From Nitrosopumilaceae archaeon (GTDB taxonomy: Archaea > Thermoproteota > Nitrososphaeria > Nitrososphaerales > Nitrosopumilaceae), in assembly GCA_965214835.1 (NCBI GenBank), contig CBDCCK010000002.1:928001-992000 (forward strand): a DNA stretch of 64,000 bases, written 5' to 3'. The first letter of the stretch is position 1. Each line of letters begins with the position of its first letter. The notes beneath the pieces were generated by a model that was not told where the DNA came from, did not search any database, and saw only the letters and a program-made list of their open reading frames with translations. Of this stretch, positions 1 through 10,030 are shown one piece after another. A program made the position numbers and the translations under genes.

Positions 1-1
1 A

Positions 2-232
2 CGGCTGACCCGGGAAAACCAGGATCTCAGAGCTGCAAACTCCAAACTAGCTGCAGACATTGAGGTGCTAAAATCAGAGAAGCTGCAGCTGCAAAACAAA
101 GTCGAGGAGCTGACTCTCTACATTGTGGAGCTGCATGGTGTGATCCAAGAGCAGCTAGACGAGATTCTTCTACTGACACAGCAGATCACACAGACGATCT
201 TTGCGAACATGATTGCAGAGAACCGTGCGTGA
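2..232 (+). CDS. 3' end of a coiled-coil protein (runs in from the window edge)
   Basis: Open frame RLTRENQDLRAANSKLAADIEVLKSEKLQLQNKVEEL...ENRA*, heptad pattern. Confidence 0.7.
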   Translation, partial: RLTRENQDLRAANSKLAADIEVLKSEKLQLQNKVEELTLYIVELHGVIQEQLDEILLLTQQITQTIFANMIAENRA

Positions 233-235
233 AGG

Positions 236-430
236 TCATGCCTTTTTTATGGATTCCAGGGAGTGTCCCCTGTTGACGACCATCTGGATGACTGCACTGG
301 CAGGATAGTCTATGCCGTGCTCCTCCTCAAAGTGGCTTCTCAGCTTTTCAACCAGCGAAACGCTTGGTTCCCCATCTAACTTGTAATCACACTCGAATCC
401 ATAATCCTGGCATGAAAGTATTGTGCTCAC
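236..430 (-). CDS. DUF1059-family small metal-binding protein
   Basis: LSCQDYGFECDY...HFEEEHG pattern. Confidence 0.8.
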   Translation of the reverse strand: MSTILSCQDYGFECDYKLDGEPSVSLVEKLRSHFEEEHGIDYPASAVIQMVVNRGHSLESIKKA

Positions 431-694
431 TAGACGACCGTACTGGTCTGGATATAAAAATCATGACTGCGGCCCTGATCAGTTTGTTTTCTGCGTACCG
501 TGTTTTTGCCATAACGCCCGACTCGGCTGGTCTGATGAAGGTCACGGGATCCGTGCCTCTGGCACCCGGGCATCCATACAAGTCCGCCACCCCTTAGTGC
601 CTGTGAATGCCCCGGCTGCAGATGCTGGGGGCCCGTGCCGGGAATTTTTACCGTGCTAGCTGATCACCGGATCTGGAAATCCCCGCGGGGAGGA

Positions 695-1006
695 TCACCG
701 GTGTAGTCTGTGCCAGCTGAGCCTCTTTTCTATGGCGTCAATATACTGGGAGCTAAAGTCACTGAACAGCCTTATCTTGCGCTGTGGAAGCGCCATTGCC
801 CCCGGCCTTGAGTTGACCTCCCTGTGGACGCATATCTGCCGGATCTTTAACCCATCCAACTCCCCAACATCCCTTCCTTCCAGGCCTGCAGTCAGCTCCT
901 TCATCTCTGACTCTAGCATCTGCCTTATCGCATCCAAATCTGGTTCTGCACCCAGTATCTCACGGACTTTGATTCTGCCAAACGCAAGATCATTGAGGCC
1001 CGTCAT
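695..1006 (-). CDS. hypothetical protein
   Basis: ORF from MTGLNDLAFG, divergent from the DnaJ-domain gene; upstream extension in the ORF track overlaps that gene and is unlikely. Confidence 0.6.
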   Translation of the reverse strand: MTGLNDLAFGRIKVREILGAEPDLDAIRQMLESEMKELTAGLEGRDVGELDGLKIRQICVHREVNSRPGAMALPQRKIRLFSDFSSQYIDAIEKRLSWHRLHR

Positions 1007-1099
1007 TGCCCTAGGACTTATCCCGGTTCCTATAAACCCAGTTCCCACAAACCAAACATAATAAACTAGAAGTATGGTTTTCTTCAAGGGTAATCCTGT

Positions 1100-2245
1100 A
1101 TGGAGAGTAACTTTGAGATTTTGGGCATTTCTAATGATTCCACACAGCATGAAATCCGGGAGGCATTTCGAAAACTGGCACTGAGGCACCACTCGGATCG
1201 CGGAGGCGAGGACGAGCAGTTTAAAAAAATCAAGCAGGCATACGAGGATCTAAAGCTCGGAAAAAAATACCCCGATACGGACGAGGAGCAAAAGAGAAAG
1301 TCCAGGGTCTACTCCGGAGATTCGGATGATGATATCATAAAAAAGAACAGGCTTCTTGCAGAGGAGATCTCAAGGGACATGAAAAACGCAGAGGAGTGGA
1401 TCGCCGCGCTCAGCCGCTCCAACTCAAGCGACACGCGTCTTTTTGGATCAAAGACGCTGGGGGAAATCGAGTTTGAAAGAAAGACATCGGGGGCAGTTTC
1501 CATCAGGGGCAACTACATGGCAGGAAGGCTGACCTATGACGGGCCTATACTCATGCAGGGCAACGTCACAAGCCCCTCGTGGAGTCCCGAGCACTCCACC
1601 GTGATCAGACTCACCAGGGGCGACTTTAAGATGGTAAATCCGATAGACAACAAGTACAAGGTTGAAAACGGCTCCAAGATCGTAGTTGATGACGGGGACA
1701 TTGTTATTGGAAACGCGTTTGGCAGAAAGGATCGGATACAGGATCCGGGCGGAAGGGTGGGACTGTACAACACAAGGGAGCACAGGACCGAGCTCAACGC
1801 CCCAAACGGCAAGGTAATCATTGAAAATGCAGTCAATACCGTGTCAATCAATGGGGATACCGTAATCGCGCTGAACCTAGAAGATGATGTAAAATTACGG
1901 GGAAGGGAGATCCTGATTTATGGCAGCAAGGTGACATACGACGTGGAGATCGAGCTGGCAAAAAACGGGACGCTTCGCTTCTTTGAGGGCTTTTCCGTCC
2001 AGGGACTGAGTGATGACTGCTTTATCAAGCTTGACAACGGGAAGTCCATCAGGATGTATGACATCAAGACCAAGAGAATCAGGGATTTGCCTAGGGAATT
2101 TGTCCCAAATTCGGGCAGCTTCGGCAGGGACGATACCATGGTGGGCAAGGGATTCACCATAACATATGACATGCTGGATGGTCTGGCAAGACCTGCGAGC
2201 AAATCCGGCGGCTGGGCGTCCCGGCTTGGATTTGGCAGGGACTGA
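1100..2245 (+). CDS. J-domain (DnaJ-N) protein with a large beta-rich C-terminal region
   Basis: FEILGI...IREAFRKLALRHHSDRGG...FKKIKQAYEDL (HPD is HSD here). Confidence 0.85.
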   Translation: MESNFEILGISNDSTQHEIREAFRKLALRHHSDRGGEDEQFKKIKQAYEDLKLGKKYPDTDEEQKRKSRVYSGDSDDDIIKKNRLLAEEISRDMKNAEEWIAALSRSNSSDTRLFGSKTLGEIEFERKTSGAVSIRGNYMAGRLTYDGPILMQGNVTSPSWSPEHSTVIRLTRGDFKMVNPIDNKYKVENGSKIVVDDGDIVIGNAFGRKDRIQDPGGRVGLYNTREHRTELNAPNGKVIIENAVNTVSINGDTVIALNLEDDVKLRGREILIYGSKVTYDVEIELAKNGTLRFFEGFSVQGLSDDCFIKLDNGKSIRMYDIKTKRIRDLPREFVPNSGSFGRDDTMVGKGFTITYDMLDGLARPASKSGGWASRLGFGRD

Positions 2246-2288
2246 CACTGCTAGTTGAGGAAAAATAAATTAAAAATGATTGGACGTT

Positions 2289-2588
2289 CTAGTCGACTAG
2301 TTCAGTCCAACCTTTCACGAAGACAGAGTTCTTGTAGAGTGGAACCGGTTGTCCAACGGTAAAGTCCATCGGCCTCATCCAGAATATTGCCTTTGTTGGG
2401 CAAACGCCGATGCATGCCCCATCGGAGATGCATCTTTCCGGGTAAAAGACAAACGCCTTACCTCTCTTCCAGCCTTCTACTGGTTTTACTCTAAGGACAT
2501 CAGGACCTAGTGACGTACAGATTTCCACACAGAGTGCGCATCCGATACACATTTGTTCGCTGATGTCAGGAATAATTCCTACTGGCAT
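2289..2588 (-). CDS. 4Fe-4S dicluster ferredoxin
   Basis: CIGCALCVEIC and CISDGACIGVCP motifs. Confidence 0.95.
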   Translation of the reverse strand: MPVGIIPDISEQMCIGCALCVEICTSLGPDVLRVKPVEGWKRGKAFVFYPERCISDGACIGVCPTKAIFWMRPMDFTVGQPVPLYKNSVFVKGWTELVD

Positions 2589-2693
2589 AACGATATTTTT
2601 CAGGAATCGGATCTTAATATAACTTGCCCAAAAACGGGAGATTATAACGGCGTTTGTGAATTTTATAACACCGTTTGAAATCCTGATCGCGTT

Positions 2694-3266
2694 TTACAGG
2701 CAAAAGACTTTCTCGGTACTGTTTTCCCTCGAGAGCGCCTCAAGCTGAATGCCGTTTTGCCTGCGCACAAAAAATTTCGAGATCAGTCCGGAATCCAAGA
2801 CGTGCCTTCCAGTGGGATGCAGTATCCAGCCCTCGCCCTCCCTGAGCCTTGCCACGCTACAGAGGAAGATCTTCCCCCCCGCAGCTCTGATGGAGCTTGA
2901 CAGCATCATCATGCACGAGTTTGCATACATTCCCGAATCCCTTTCATCAAACACGCTAAAAAACCCGTTTAGCGAGTCAACGATCAGAACCGTCTGCTGC
3001 GAGGATGCACGCGTGGCCAGCTCCTTGAACGTACCCACCCAGTTCTGCCTGTCGGGGGAATAAATCCGCAGGTTGTCCCCCCTTGGAACCATCTCCGAGT
3101 TTACGTATCCAGTAAACAACTGATCAAAGTCCAGCAGCATGACCGGGTCCGTGCAGGCGCCAATTATTCTCCCTATTGCCGCCTCCTTGGCAAAGGCGTC
3201 ATGGCACAGGACCGAGTTGACATGGTTTGGAAAGCAAGCCAGCACACCGTCAGGATTTTTATCCAA
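2694..3266 (-). CDS. hypothetical protein, degenerate RecA/KaiC-like fold
   Basis: VLIVDSLNG Walker-B-like segment, no Walker A. Confidence 0.65.
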   Translation of the reverse strand: MDKNPDGVLACFPNHVNSVLCHDAFAKEAAIGRIIGACTDPVMLLDFDQLFTGYVNSEMVPRGDNLRIYSPDRQNWVGTFKELATRASSQQTVLIVDSLNGFFSVFDERDSGMYANSCMMMLSSSIRAAGGKIFLCSVARLREGEGWILHPTGRHVLDSGLISKFFVRRQNGIQLEALSRENSTEKVFCL

Positions 3267-3295
3267 CAGAAGCCCATTCCCCTGCAGATATAATA

Positions 3296-4450
3296 ATGAA
3301 CTTGGATTCAGACGACATCATAAGCGACTTTGTCCACGGGGATAAAATTTACCTGAACAGCGCCTCGGTCTCCCTGATGCCCGTACAAAGCGTGGACGCA
3401 ATGAGGGAGTTTCTGGTACAATACAGCTCGATTGGACCCGATTCTGCATCATCGGGATCCTTCGTGGCTGAAAAATTCAGGAGCGCCAGGAAGGTAATAT
3501 CCCAGATCATCAACTCCGAGCCCGACGAGGTGGTCATGACCCAGAGCGTGACTGACGGGGTAAACCTCGTCGCAAGCGGCCTTTCGGTCTCGCCCAGCTC
3601 GGAGATCATCATCAGGGGGCTGTCCCACGAGCATCATGCAAACTTTTACCCCTGGCTGAAGCTTGGCAAAAAATGTAGGCTGCGAAACATCGAAATCGAC
3701 AAGAACGGATTCTTCGATCTTGACTGCCTGCAAAGAGCGCTAAATCCAGACACAAAGCTGGTTGCGCTGAGCCATGCGCTGTACAACACGGGGGCCATTC
3801 TGCCCGTGGAGCGGGCAGGCCACCTTGCAAGCGAGAGACAGGTTCCGTACTTTGTTGATGCGGCCCAGACGGTCGGCTGCACGAATCTTGCAGATGTCAA
3901 AAGGATCAGGTGCGACTTTATGTCCTTTAACGGCTCAAAGTGGCTGTGCGGCCCGATGGGCACCGGGATTTTCTACTGCAGGCGGCAGTCAGGCGGGCTG
4001 CTAGAGCCGGCAGCCATCGGCGGCGAGTCTGCAATTCTGCATGAGGATGACCGGCTGGCATACAGGGGGCTGCCCTACAAATTCCAGACGGGATTTAGGA
4101 ACTATGTCGGCCTGGTAGGTCTAGAGTCGTCGGCAAGATACGTATCCGGATTCGGGCTAGACAACATACGCAAAAAAATCACCGGGCTTGCGGGCCTTCT
4201 CCGCCAAGAGCTGCAGAAAATTCCCGGCGTCACCTTGTACGGGCCGGCCGAGGAGGAGCGGCGCACCAGCATAGTCTCCTTCTCGATTGACGGCCTTGAG
4301 CCAAAATACGTGGCTGAAAGGCTTGACAAGGACGGCGTTGTACTGGCGGTACGTGAAATCATGGAGCGCAAAATAGTCCGCGCCTCGCCGCACCTGTTCA
4401 ACTCCGAGCACGAGATGCTCAGGGTCGCCGAGCTGGTAAGGAGGCTATGA
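3296..4450 (+). CDS. class V PLP aminotransferase / cysteine desulfurase-like
   Basis: IYLNSAS, EHHAN, VDAAQ, NGSKWLCGPMGTG, VRASPHLFN. Confidence 0.9.
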   Translation: MNLDSDDIISDFVHGDKIYLNSASVSLMPVQSVDAMREFLVQYSSIGPDSASSGSFVAEKFRSARKVISQIINSEPDEVVMTQSVTDGVNLVASGLSVSPSSEIIIRGLSHEHHANFYPWLKLGKKCRLRNIEIDKNGFFDLDCLQRALNPDTKLVALSHALYNTGAILPVERAGHLASERQVPYFVDAAQTVGCTNLADVKRIRCDFMSFNGSKWLCGPMGTGIFYCRRQSGGLLEPAAIGGESAILHEDDRLAYRGLPYKFQTGFRNYVGLVGLESSARYVSGFGLDNIRKKITGLAGLLRQELQKIPGVTLYGPAEEERRTSIVSFSIDGLEPKYVAERLDKDGVVLAVREIMERKIVRASPHLFNSEHEMLRVAELVRRL

Positions 4451-4705
4451 TCCTCCCTGCTCCTCGATGACCATCATCGTCAGCGTCGACTGGACCTTGG
4501 GAATCTTTCTGATCTTGTTGGTAATGACTGAGCGGAGAAGATCCGCCCTGTCTGCGGTTACCTTTATCACGATATCATACACGCCATAAACCCCCTGAAC
4601 CTCGTACCTTAGCTCGTTTTCGGCATCCAGAATCTGCCTGACCTCCGCAATGATTGACTCGTCTGAGCCCAGGTCTGAATTCAGCAGGACGTACGCAGTA
4701 GGCAC
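4445..4705 (-). CDS. Lrp/AsnC ligand-binding domain protein
   Basis: AYVLLN...GVYGVYDIVIKV...IRKIPKVQSTLTM. Confidence 0.9.
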   Translation of the reverse strand: MPTAYVLLNSDLGSDESIIAEVRQILDAENELRYEVQGVYGVYDIVIKVTADRADLLRSVITNKIRKIPKVQSTLTMMVIEEQGGS

Positions 4706-4784
4706 ACTCGGGATTGCCCATGTGAATATTTAACCTTTGATTAGATCAAAAAACGATTTATCCTGACCCTGCCTACCCAACTGC

Positions 4785-5426
4785 ATGCTGGTAGACCTCA
4801 CACTGCCCATATCCGAGGACCTGCCGGGCTTTCCCGGCTCGCCTGCCCCGGGGTTTCTAAGCTGGTCTGATCTCAAGGAGGACGGCTACAACCTGGAGCT
4901 GCTGTTCATGAGCAGCCACTCTGGCACCCATATTGACGCCCCGTACCATTTTGTGCGCAACGGGCAGACCGTAGACGAGGTTCCCGTAGAGCGCCTGATG
5001 AGGACCGCAATCCTGATAAAAGCCCCCAAGGCGGCAAACGGGGAGATCTCCAAGTCCGACATTATATCATTTGAGCAAAAAAACAGAGTCATTCCGGATC
5101 AGAGCACGGTAATCTTTCACACAGGCTGGCAGAAAAACCTGTCTCGGAAAAACTATTTCACGCAAAACCCCGGACTCTCAAAGGCTGCCGCAAGGTACCT
5201 GGCCTCCAAGCATACCAACCTCGTAGGCATCGACTCGCCCAGCATTGATCCCGGAAGGGATCACGGATTCGGCGCGCATCACCTTCTCTTGAAAAACGAC
5301 ATCCTGATAGTGGAGAACCTCTCAAACCTGGAAAAGATCAGGCAGGTCGAGTTTTCCTTTACCGCCCTGCCCCTGAGGCTGAACGGCGCCTCGGGCTCGC
5401 CGGTAAGGGCCGTTGGGGCCTATTGA
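4785..5426 (+). CDS. cyclase family protein (kynurenine formamidase-like)
   Basis: HSGTHIDAPYH, VGIDSPSID, IVENL, GSPVRA. Confidence 0.92.
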   Translation: MLVDLTLPISEDLPGFPGSPAPGFLSWSDLKEDGYNLELLFMSSHSGTHIDAPYHFVRNGQTVDEVPVERLMRTAILIKAPKAANGEISKSDIISFEQKNRVIPDQSTVIFHTGWQKNLSRKNYFTQNPGLSKAAARYLASKHTNLVGIDSPSIDPGRDHGFGAHHLLLKNDILIVENLSNLEKIRQVEFSFTALPLRLNGASGSPVRAVGAY

Positions 5427-6475
5427 ACCAGATGAAGGCGGTTTCTCTTGTAGTCTTTTGCCAGCCTGCCCGTTATTGGAATCGGATGCCCGCACCTGCA
5501 CGCGTTGTCGGGATCCAGATTCCACTCCTCTATGTCAAACCCGTGCCTCTTGACTGCTATGGCGCCGCACTCCGGGCAGTAGGTGTGCTCTAGGGGGTGG
5601 CCCGGGACGTTTCCTAGGTATGCATACTGCAGGCCCTCCTCCTTGGCAATCCGGTGGTGCCTCTCCAGCGTCTCGATCGGCGTCTGCCCGAACTCCATCA
5701 TCTTATAGTCCGGATGAAACCTCAGAAAATGAATCGGCATGTCTGGGCCGAACTCGTCGTATACGAACCTGCACAGCCTTCTCGCATACTCCAGGCTGTC
5801 CCCCACCCCGGGAACTATCAAATCCGTGATTTCCACGTGGATGTCGGTCTTGTCCCTTATCTCCACCAGCGAGTCAAAGACCGGCCCCGGATCCGGCACC
5901 CCTATGTATCTCCTGGTAAAGACCGGCTCTGCGCTTCCCTTGAAATCCACCGTTATGCAGTCAAGGAACTCGGACATCATCTTGACGGTATCGGGGGTGT
6001 CGTATCCGTTTGAGACAAAAACGTTGTACAGTCCGTTTTCCCTGGCCAGGATCCCGCAGTCCCGGGCAAACTCGATGAAGATGGACGGCTCGTTGTACGT
6101 GTATGCTATGCCGTCTGCGTTGTTCCAAAGCGCCTCCTGCACCACCTGCAGGGGGGTCATGTCGGCCCCCTCCACCTTTCGCCTCTGGCTGATGTCGTGG
6201 TTCTGGCAGTATCTGCACAGCCAGTTGCACCCGGCAGTCGCAATCGAGAAGACCCTCGAGCCCGGCCTATAGTGCACGACCGGCTTTTTCTCCACGGGGT
6301 CAACATGTCCTGCGATGACCTTTCCATATGCGAACAGCTCCAGTTTTCCGGAGACGTTGCCCCTTATCCCGCAGAGCCCTATCTGGCCCTTTCCGATTTC
6401 ACAGTACCTTGCACATGCAGTACAGCGAACCCTTTGATCCCCCAGTTTCTCGTAAAGAGATGCCTCCTTGCCCAT
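5420..6475 (-). CDS. amrS: AmmeMemoRadiSam system radical SAM enzyme
   Basis: CTAC..C, DPVEKKP, GCNWLCRYCQNHDISQ, YTYNEP, RFHPDYKM. Confidence 0.92.
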   Translation of the reverse strand: MGKEASLYEKLGDQRVRCTACARYCEIGKGQIGLCGIRGNVSGKLELFAYGKVIAGHVDPVEKKPVVHYRPGSRVFSIATAGCNWLCRYCQNHDISQRRKVEGADMTPLQVVQEALWNNADGIAYTYNEPSIFIEFARDCGILARENGLYNVFVSNGYDTPDTVKMMSEFLDCITVDFKGSAEPVFTRRYIGVPDPGPVFDSLVEIRDKTDIHVEITDLIVPGVGDSLEYARRLCRFVYDEFGPDMPIHFLRFHPDYKMMEFGQTPIETLERHHRIAKEEGLQYAYLGNVPGHPLEHTYCPECGAIAVKRHGFDIEEWNLDPDNACRCGHPIPITGRLAKDYKRNRLHLVQ

Positions 6476-6551
6476 GGTTGATGTCAGTTTGCGTGAAATT
6501 TAAGCGGATCCCGCCGCAATCCTAAAACGGCGGTGACATCCCAGCCCAGCC

Positions 6552-7046
6552 ATGAGCAGACCCGGAAACATCTGGAGGAGGGTTCACGGCAGGATTACAA
6601 AAAAGCCGACCAACTTTTCATGGGTGATAGGGGGCAAGCTGGCAGGCTCTGGAATGCCCACCTCCCCTGCTGAGTTTGACTGGATAGTGGGACAGGGCAT
6701 ATCCTCGATTGTGACCATGACCGAGGGCGCCCTGCCTGAGGGCTGGACGCAAAAGGTGGACTATCTCCATGTTCCGACCCCCGATCTTACCGCGCCCGGC
6801 ATGGATGAGATCGACGCCGCCGTGGAGTTCATCCATGATCAGATCGGACGCAAAAAACCCGTACTGGTACACTGTGCTGCCGGGATGGGCCGCGCAGGCA
6901 CGATTCTTGCCTGCTACCACGTGAAATATCTCAGTTATTCGGGCCCCGCAGCAATCGAAAAGATACGCAGGGAGCGCCCGGGCTCGATTCAGTCTGACAT
7001 GCAGGAGATTGCCATCTCGCTGTATGAAAAGCACGTAAGGGGCTAG
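6552..7046 (+). CDS. dual-specificity protein phosphatase
   Basis: VHCAAGMGRAG CX5R motif. Confidence 0.93.
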   Translation: MSRPGNIWRRVHGRITKKPTNFSWVIGGKLAGSGMPTSPAEFDWIVGQGISSIVTMTEGALPEGWTQKVDYLHVPTPDLTAPGMDEIDAAVEFIHDQIGRKKPVLVHCAAGMGRAGTILACYHVKYLSYSGPAAIEKIRRERPGSIQSDMQEIAISLYEKHVRG

Positions 7047-7189
7047 TTCTGGACCAGCTCGGAGACCAGTTTTCCATCCACGACGGTTATCCTGACGGAC
7101 TTGTTTTCCTGAAAGACCAAGACAAGCTCGCCGTCTGCCTCCTCGACCTTTACAAGCTCGACCATCTTTATCGGATCAAATTTCCCCAT
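7043..7189 (-). CDS. small beta-rich hypothetical protein (48 aa, below ORF-track cutoff)
   Basis: MGKFDPIKMVELVKVEEADGELVLVFQENKSVRITVVDGKLVSELVQN*; resembles the upstream 50-aa ORF. Confidence 0.7.
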   Translation of the reverse strand: MGKFDPIKMVELVKVEEADGELVLVFQENKSVRITVVDGKLVSELVQN

Positions 7190-7201
7190 TTCTGACCCCC
7201 T

Positions 7202-7354
7202 CTATTCCGGTATTGAGACGGTTTCAATCCTTCCGTCACTGGCCTTTATGAACATGAACCTGTTGTCCTTGAAGATGATCGTTATTCCGCCCTCCTTGTC
7301 CGGCTCCTCGACCTCAAGTACCGGCTGTCCCAAGAGTCCGTCGTATTTTGCCAT
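7202..7354 (-). CDS. small hypothetical protein (50 aa)
   Basis: MAKYDGLLGQPVLEVEEPDKEGGITIIFKDNRFMFIKASDGRIETVSIPE*. Confidence 0.75.
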   Translation of the reverse strand: MAKYDGLLGQPVLEVEEPDKEGGITIIFKDNRFMFIKASDGRIETVSIPE

Positions 7355-7383
7355 GGTTGTATACAGTCCCTGCTCCTTATATC

Positions 7384-7920
7384 CTAATTGATTACCAGCT
7401 CGAACTCCCCTGCAGAGTTCCTTATGCTGTCCGAGTCGGCATAGTCGTGCTTTTGCCATGATGCAGACACCCTGGCACCGATCCTGTGCCTGCCCCTTCC
7501 CAGCTCCGATGCCTTGAACCTGAACTCCTCGTCAAAGTCAAACAGTTCCTGCCTGACCTCCTCCTCTGTCAGTCTGATGTAGGGAACAAAGTTCTTTGCG
7601 ACCTGGACCCAGACCCTCTTTTCCTTCATCGGGTTTACCAGCTTTGGGTTGCGCGTCCAAAAGATGGACGCCTTTCTGTAGGCGTCTATCGGGGTTCCGA
7701 GCTCCTTTTTCTTGAATCCCCCGGAGGTTAGTTTTATCCCGTATTTCATCTTGAACAGGTTGTCGTTGTTGTCGTACGCATCAGTCCAGTTCCTCTCGTT
7801 AAAGGCCTCCCTGATTGCTCCCCGGACCGCGAATCTTACGTTGATGGTAACGGTCTCGCCTTCCGAGTATTCCTCCTTTGAGGTGGCCAGCTCTACATCC
7901 CCTATGTGGCTTTCATCCAT
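7384..7920 (-). CDS. hypothetical protein
   Basis: 178-aa ORF heading a three-gene minus-strand run. Confidence 0.75.
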   Translation of the reverse strand: MDESHIGDVELATSKEEYSEGETVTINVRFAVRGAIREAFNERNWTDAYDNNDNLFKMKYGIKLTSGGFKKKELGTPIDAYRKASIFWTRNPKLVNPMKEKRVWVQVAKNFVPYIRLTEEEVRQELFDFDEEFRFKASELGRGRHRIGARVSASWQKHDYADSDSIRNSAGEFELVIN

Positions 7921-8084
7921 TATTTATGATGTCCTGCCCGCCCTTAAAATACCAAGCGTCATTGGTTTTGGAATTTGTTTCCAAAGACCGGATAATATCA
8001 CGTGGCTGTGGTGACGATTAAAAGTTCTTGGACACATGCGGGTGTGAACCATGCAGGAAGACGCCCTTTGATGATCAAAGACTC

Positions 8085-8708
8085 TCAACTGCCGCCATAT
8101 GCGGCCGACTCCTTAGATTGTTTGACGAACTCATCCTCGTGGAAGACGTATTCCAACTTGCATTCCCTTTCGATATTCTGACGGTGTTCCTCGGTCCCCC
8201 TGAACAGCAGGGACATCAGGGCCCTGCACTCATATCCGTGCTCCCGTACCTGACGTATCGCAGTCATGGCAGACATCCCGCTTGTAATCACGTCATCTAT
8301 GATGACTACCGGGGACGTGATCCTTCCCTCAATCATCTTCCGCGTCCCGTGCGTTTTTGGCGCCTTGCGGACATAAAAGGAGGCAATCAGGGGATTCGAA
8401 GGATCCCTCTGATGCTCTAGATAACTTAGCTGTGAAACCGCCGTAGCAATTGGGATGGAGCCTGATTCCAATCCCCCCGCCGCTCTTACGCCTGGGATCT
8501 CCTTGATGTAGCGATAGAATACTCTTGCAACTGCATTGATTCCCTCCGGATCTCCGTTTAGCAGCCTTAGATCGAAATAGAACTTGCTTTCGGCACCGGA
8601 TGCCAGCTTGAACGGCTTGTCTGGGGAATATTGAAAGGCCTTGGTCTTTACTAGTAATTCTGCCAGTCTTTGCCTGTCTGCTTCAAATTCAGAGGACAAG
8701 CTCGTCAT
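8085..8708 (-). CDS. pyrE: orotate phosphoribosyltransferase-like protein
   Basis: FKLASGAESKFYFDLR, VRKAPKTHG, IIDDVITSGMS PRPP motif. Confidence 0.88.
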   Translation of the reverse strand: MTSLSSEFEADRQRLAELLVKTKAFQYSPDKPFKLASGAESKFYFDLRLLNGDPEGINAVARVFYRYIKEIPGVRAAGGLESGSIPIATAVSQLSYLEHQRDPSNPLIASFYVRKAPKTHGTRKMIEGRITSPVVIIDDVITSGMSAMTAIRQVREHGYECRALMSLLFRGTEEHRQNIERECKLEYVFHEDEFVKQSKESAAYGGS

Positions 8709-8895
8709 TGAACAAAACACCTACCAGACAAATTAGCTCCTGAACCTGGCAACAACACAGATCTGTCATGGAAACCATGATCTAGATTCTCCCACATCCT
8801 CGGTTCGTAATAACACGGGCCCCTATATGATCCAAAGTGATCTGGCCACGTGGTTTTGGCTCAGGCGGGCCGGAATTCTGCGTAATTTGCCGTTT

Positions 8896-9492
8896 TTAGC
8901 TGAAAATTGCCATCAGCTGATCCATCCTCTCCCCTGTCAGACCCTGATAACGACTCATCCGATCCCTCAGCGAGATCCAGTCACACGTTGAAACAAACTC
9001 AATACCCTGATCAGAAAGAGCGGTTTTTGAAGGGTTTTCATCAACAAATGAAACCACGCAGGAAATCGGAACCTGCCGCTGCAAGAACACCCCGATTGCC
9101 TTCATTACCTGCTGTTGACTGACTGAGTATGGGATTACTAGACAGCATGGAGCCGCCTCTGGCCTGACAAGCTGAAAAAACGCCTCCCCGCGATGCTCCA
9201 AACCATAGCTGTAAAATGGCAAGTTTTCTTCAGACGATGCCTGTGCTGCAAAAGCCGTCAGCGATGGATCATTTTCGGCAAATCCTATCACGGATTTGCA
9301 GCCTGACTGCCTGATGTATGTCTGCAGCAGCCTTAGTGCAGCTTTCCTCAAATGTCTTGGCTGCTCAAACAATGCGGTTGATACATGCCTGCCGTCCTCC
9401 CTTACGTTGAATGCGTCGTCACTGGAAAACACGTTAAACGCCAGGCTGTCTGAAATCATTTGCTTAAAACCGCCAATCGCCTGTACATCCAT
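8896..9492 (-). CDS. degenerate PRTase-fold protein (PyrE paralogue without the PRPP motif)
   Basis: Same layout as the neighbouring PyrE, but LVIPYSVS replaces IIDDVITS. Confidence 0.55.
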   Translation of the reverse strand: MDVQAIGGFKQMISDSLAFNVFSSDDAFNVREDGRHVSTALFEQPRHLRKAALRLLQTYIRQSGCKSVIGFAENDPSLTAFAAQASSEENLPFYSYGLEHRGEAFFQLVRPEAAPCCLVIPYSVSQQQVMKAIGVFLQRQVPISCVVSFVDENPSKTALSDQGIEFVSTCDWISLRDRMSRYQGLTGERMDQLMAIFS

Positions 9493-9751
9493 AATACCCG
9501 TACAAATCACGCGTTATTTTTAGTAAGCTTGGACTAGTACGATGCGTGCCCTACCGCGCATTTTTCAGGCACTCAACCTTCTGCTTGAGACCGATGTTTT
9601 TCATTTACACGTGCACAACTACCGGGCCGCTTGAAAATCTAACCGCGGGAACGGGGCTCTGCCTGTAAAAGCAAACACTCCTGCTTCCATCAACTGGTAA
9701 CAGACTGCAAGGCCATGGTTTATATCTGCAATAGGATCCCTCTCCGATCAC

Positions 9752-10030
9752 ATGAACGCCGAAGTGATTAACGCCTCAAAGACAGAAGTGAATTTATCAA
9801 TAACCCAGTCTGATATCGGCACACTATACATAGTACAGCACGAGCTGCTCAAAAATTCTCGTACCGAGTATGCAGGCGTCATTGTCAAGCATCCCTTGAC
9901 CAACGAGTGCTGGATGAGGGTGGCGACAAAAAACAACCCCGTGCAAGAAATCTCCAAGGCCACGGATTCGGCCATAAAACAGACAGAGGATCTGGAAAAA
10001 TTATTTAATTCAAACATTCAGGTAAGCTAG
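9752..10030 (+). CDS. rpoL: RNA polymerase subunit L (Rpo11)
   Basis: EYAGVIVKHPL motif; directly upstream of tfs and pcn. Confidence 0.88.
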   Translation: MNAEVINASKTEVNLSITQSDIGTLYIVQHELLKNSRTEYAGVIVKHPLTNECWMRVATKNNPVQEISKATDSAIKQTEDLEKLFNSNIQVS

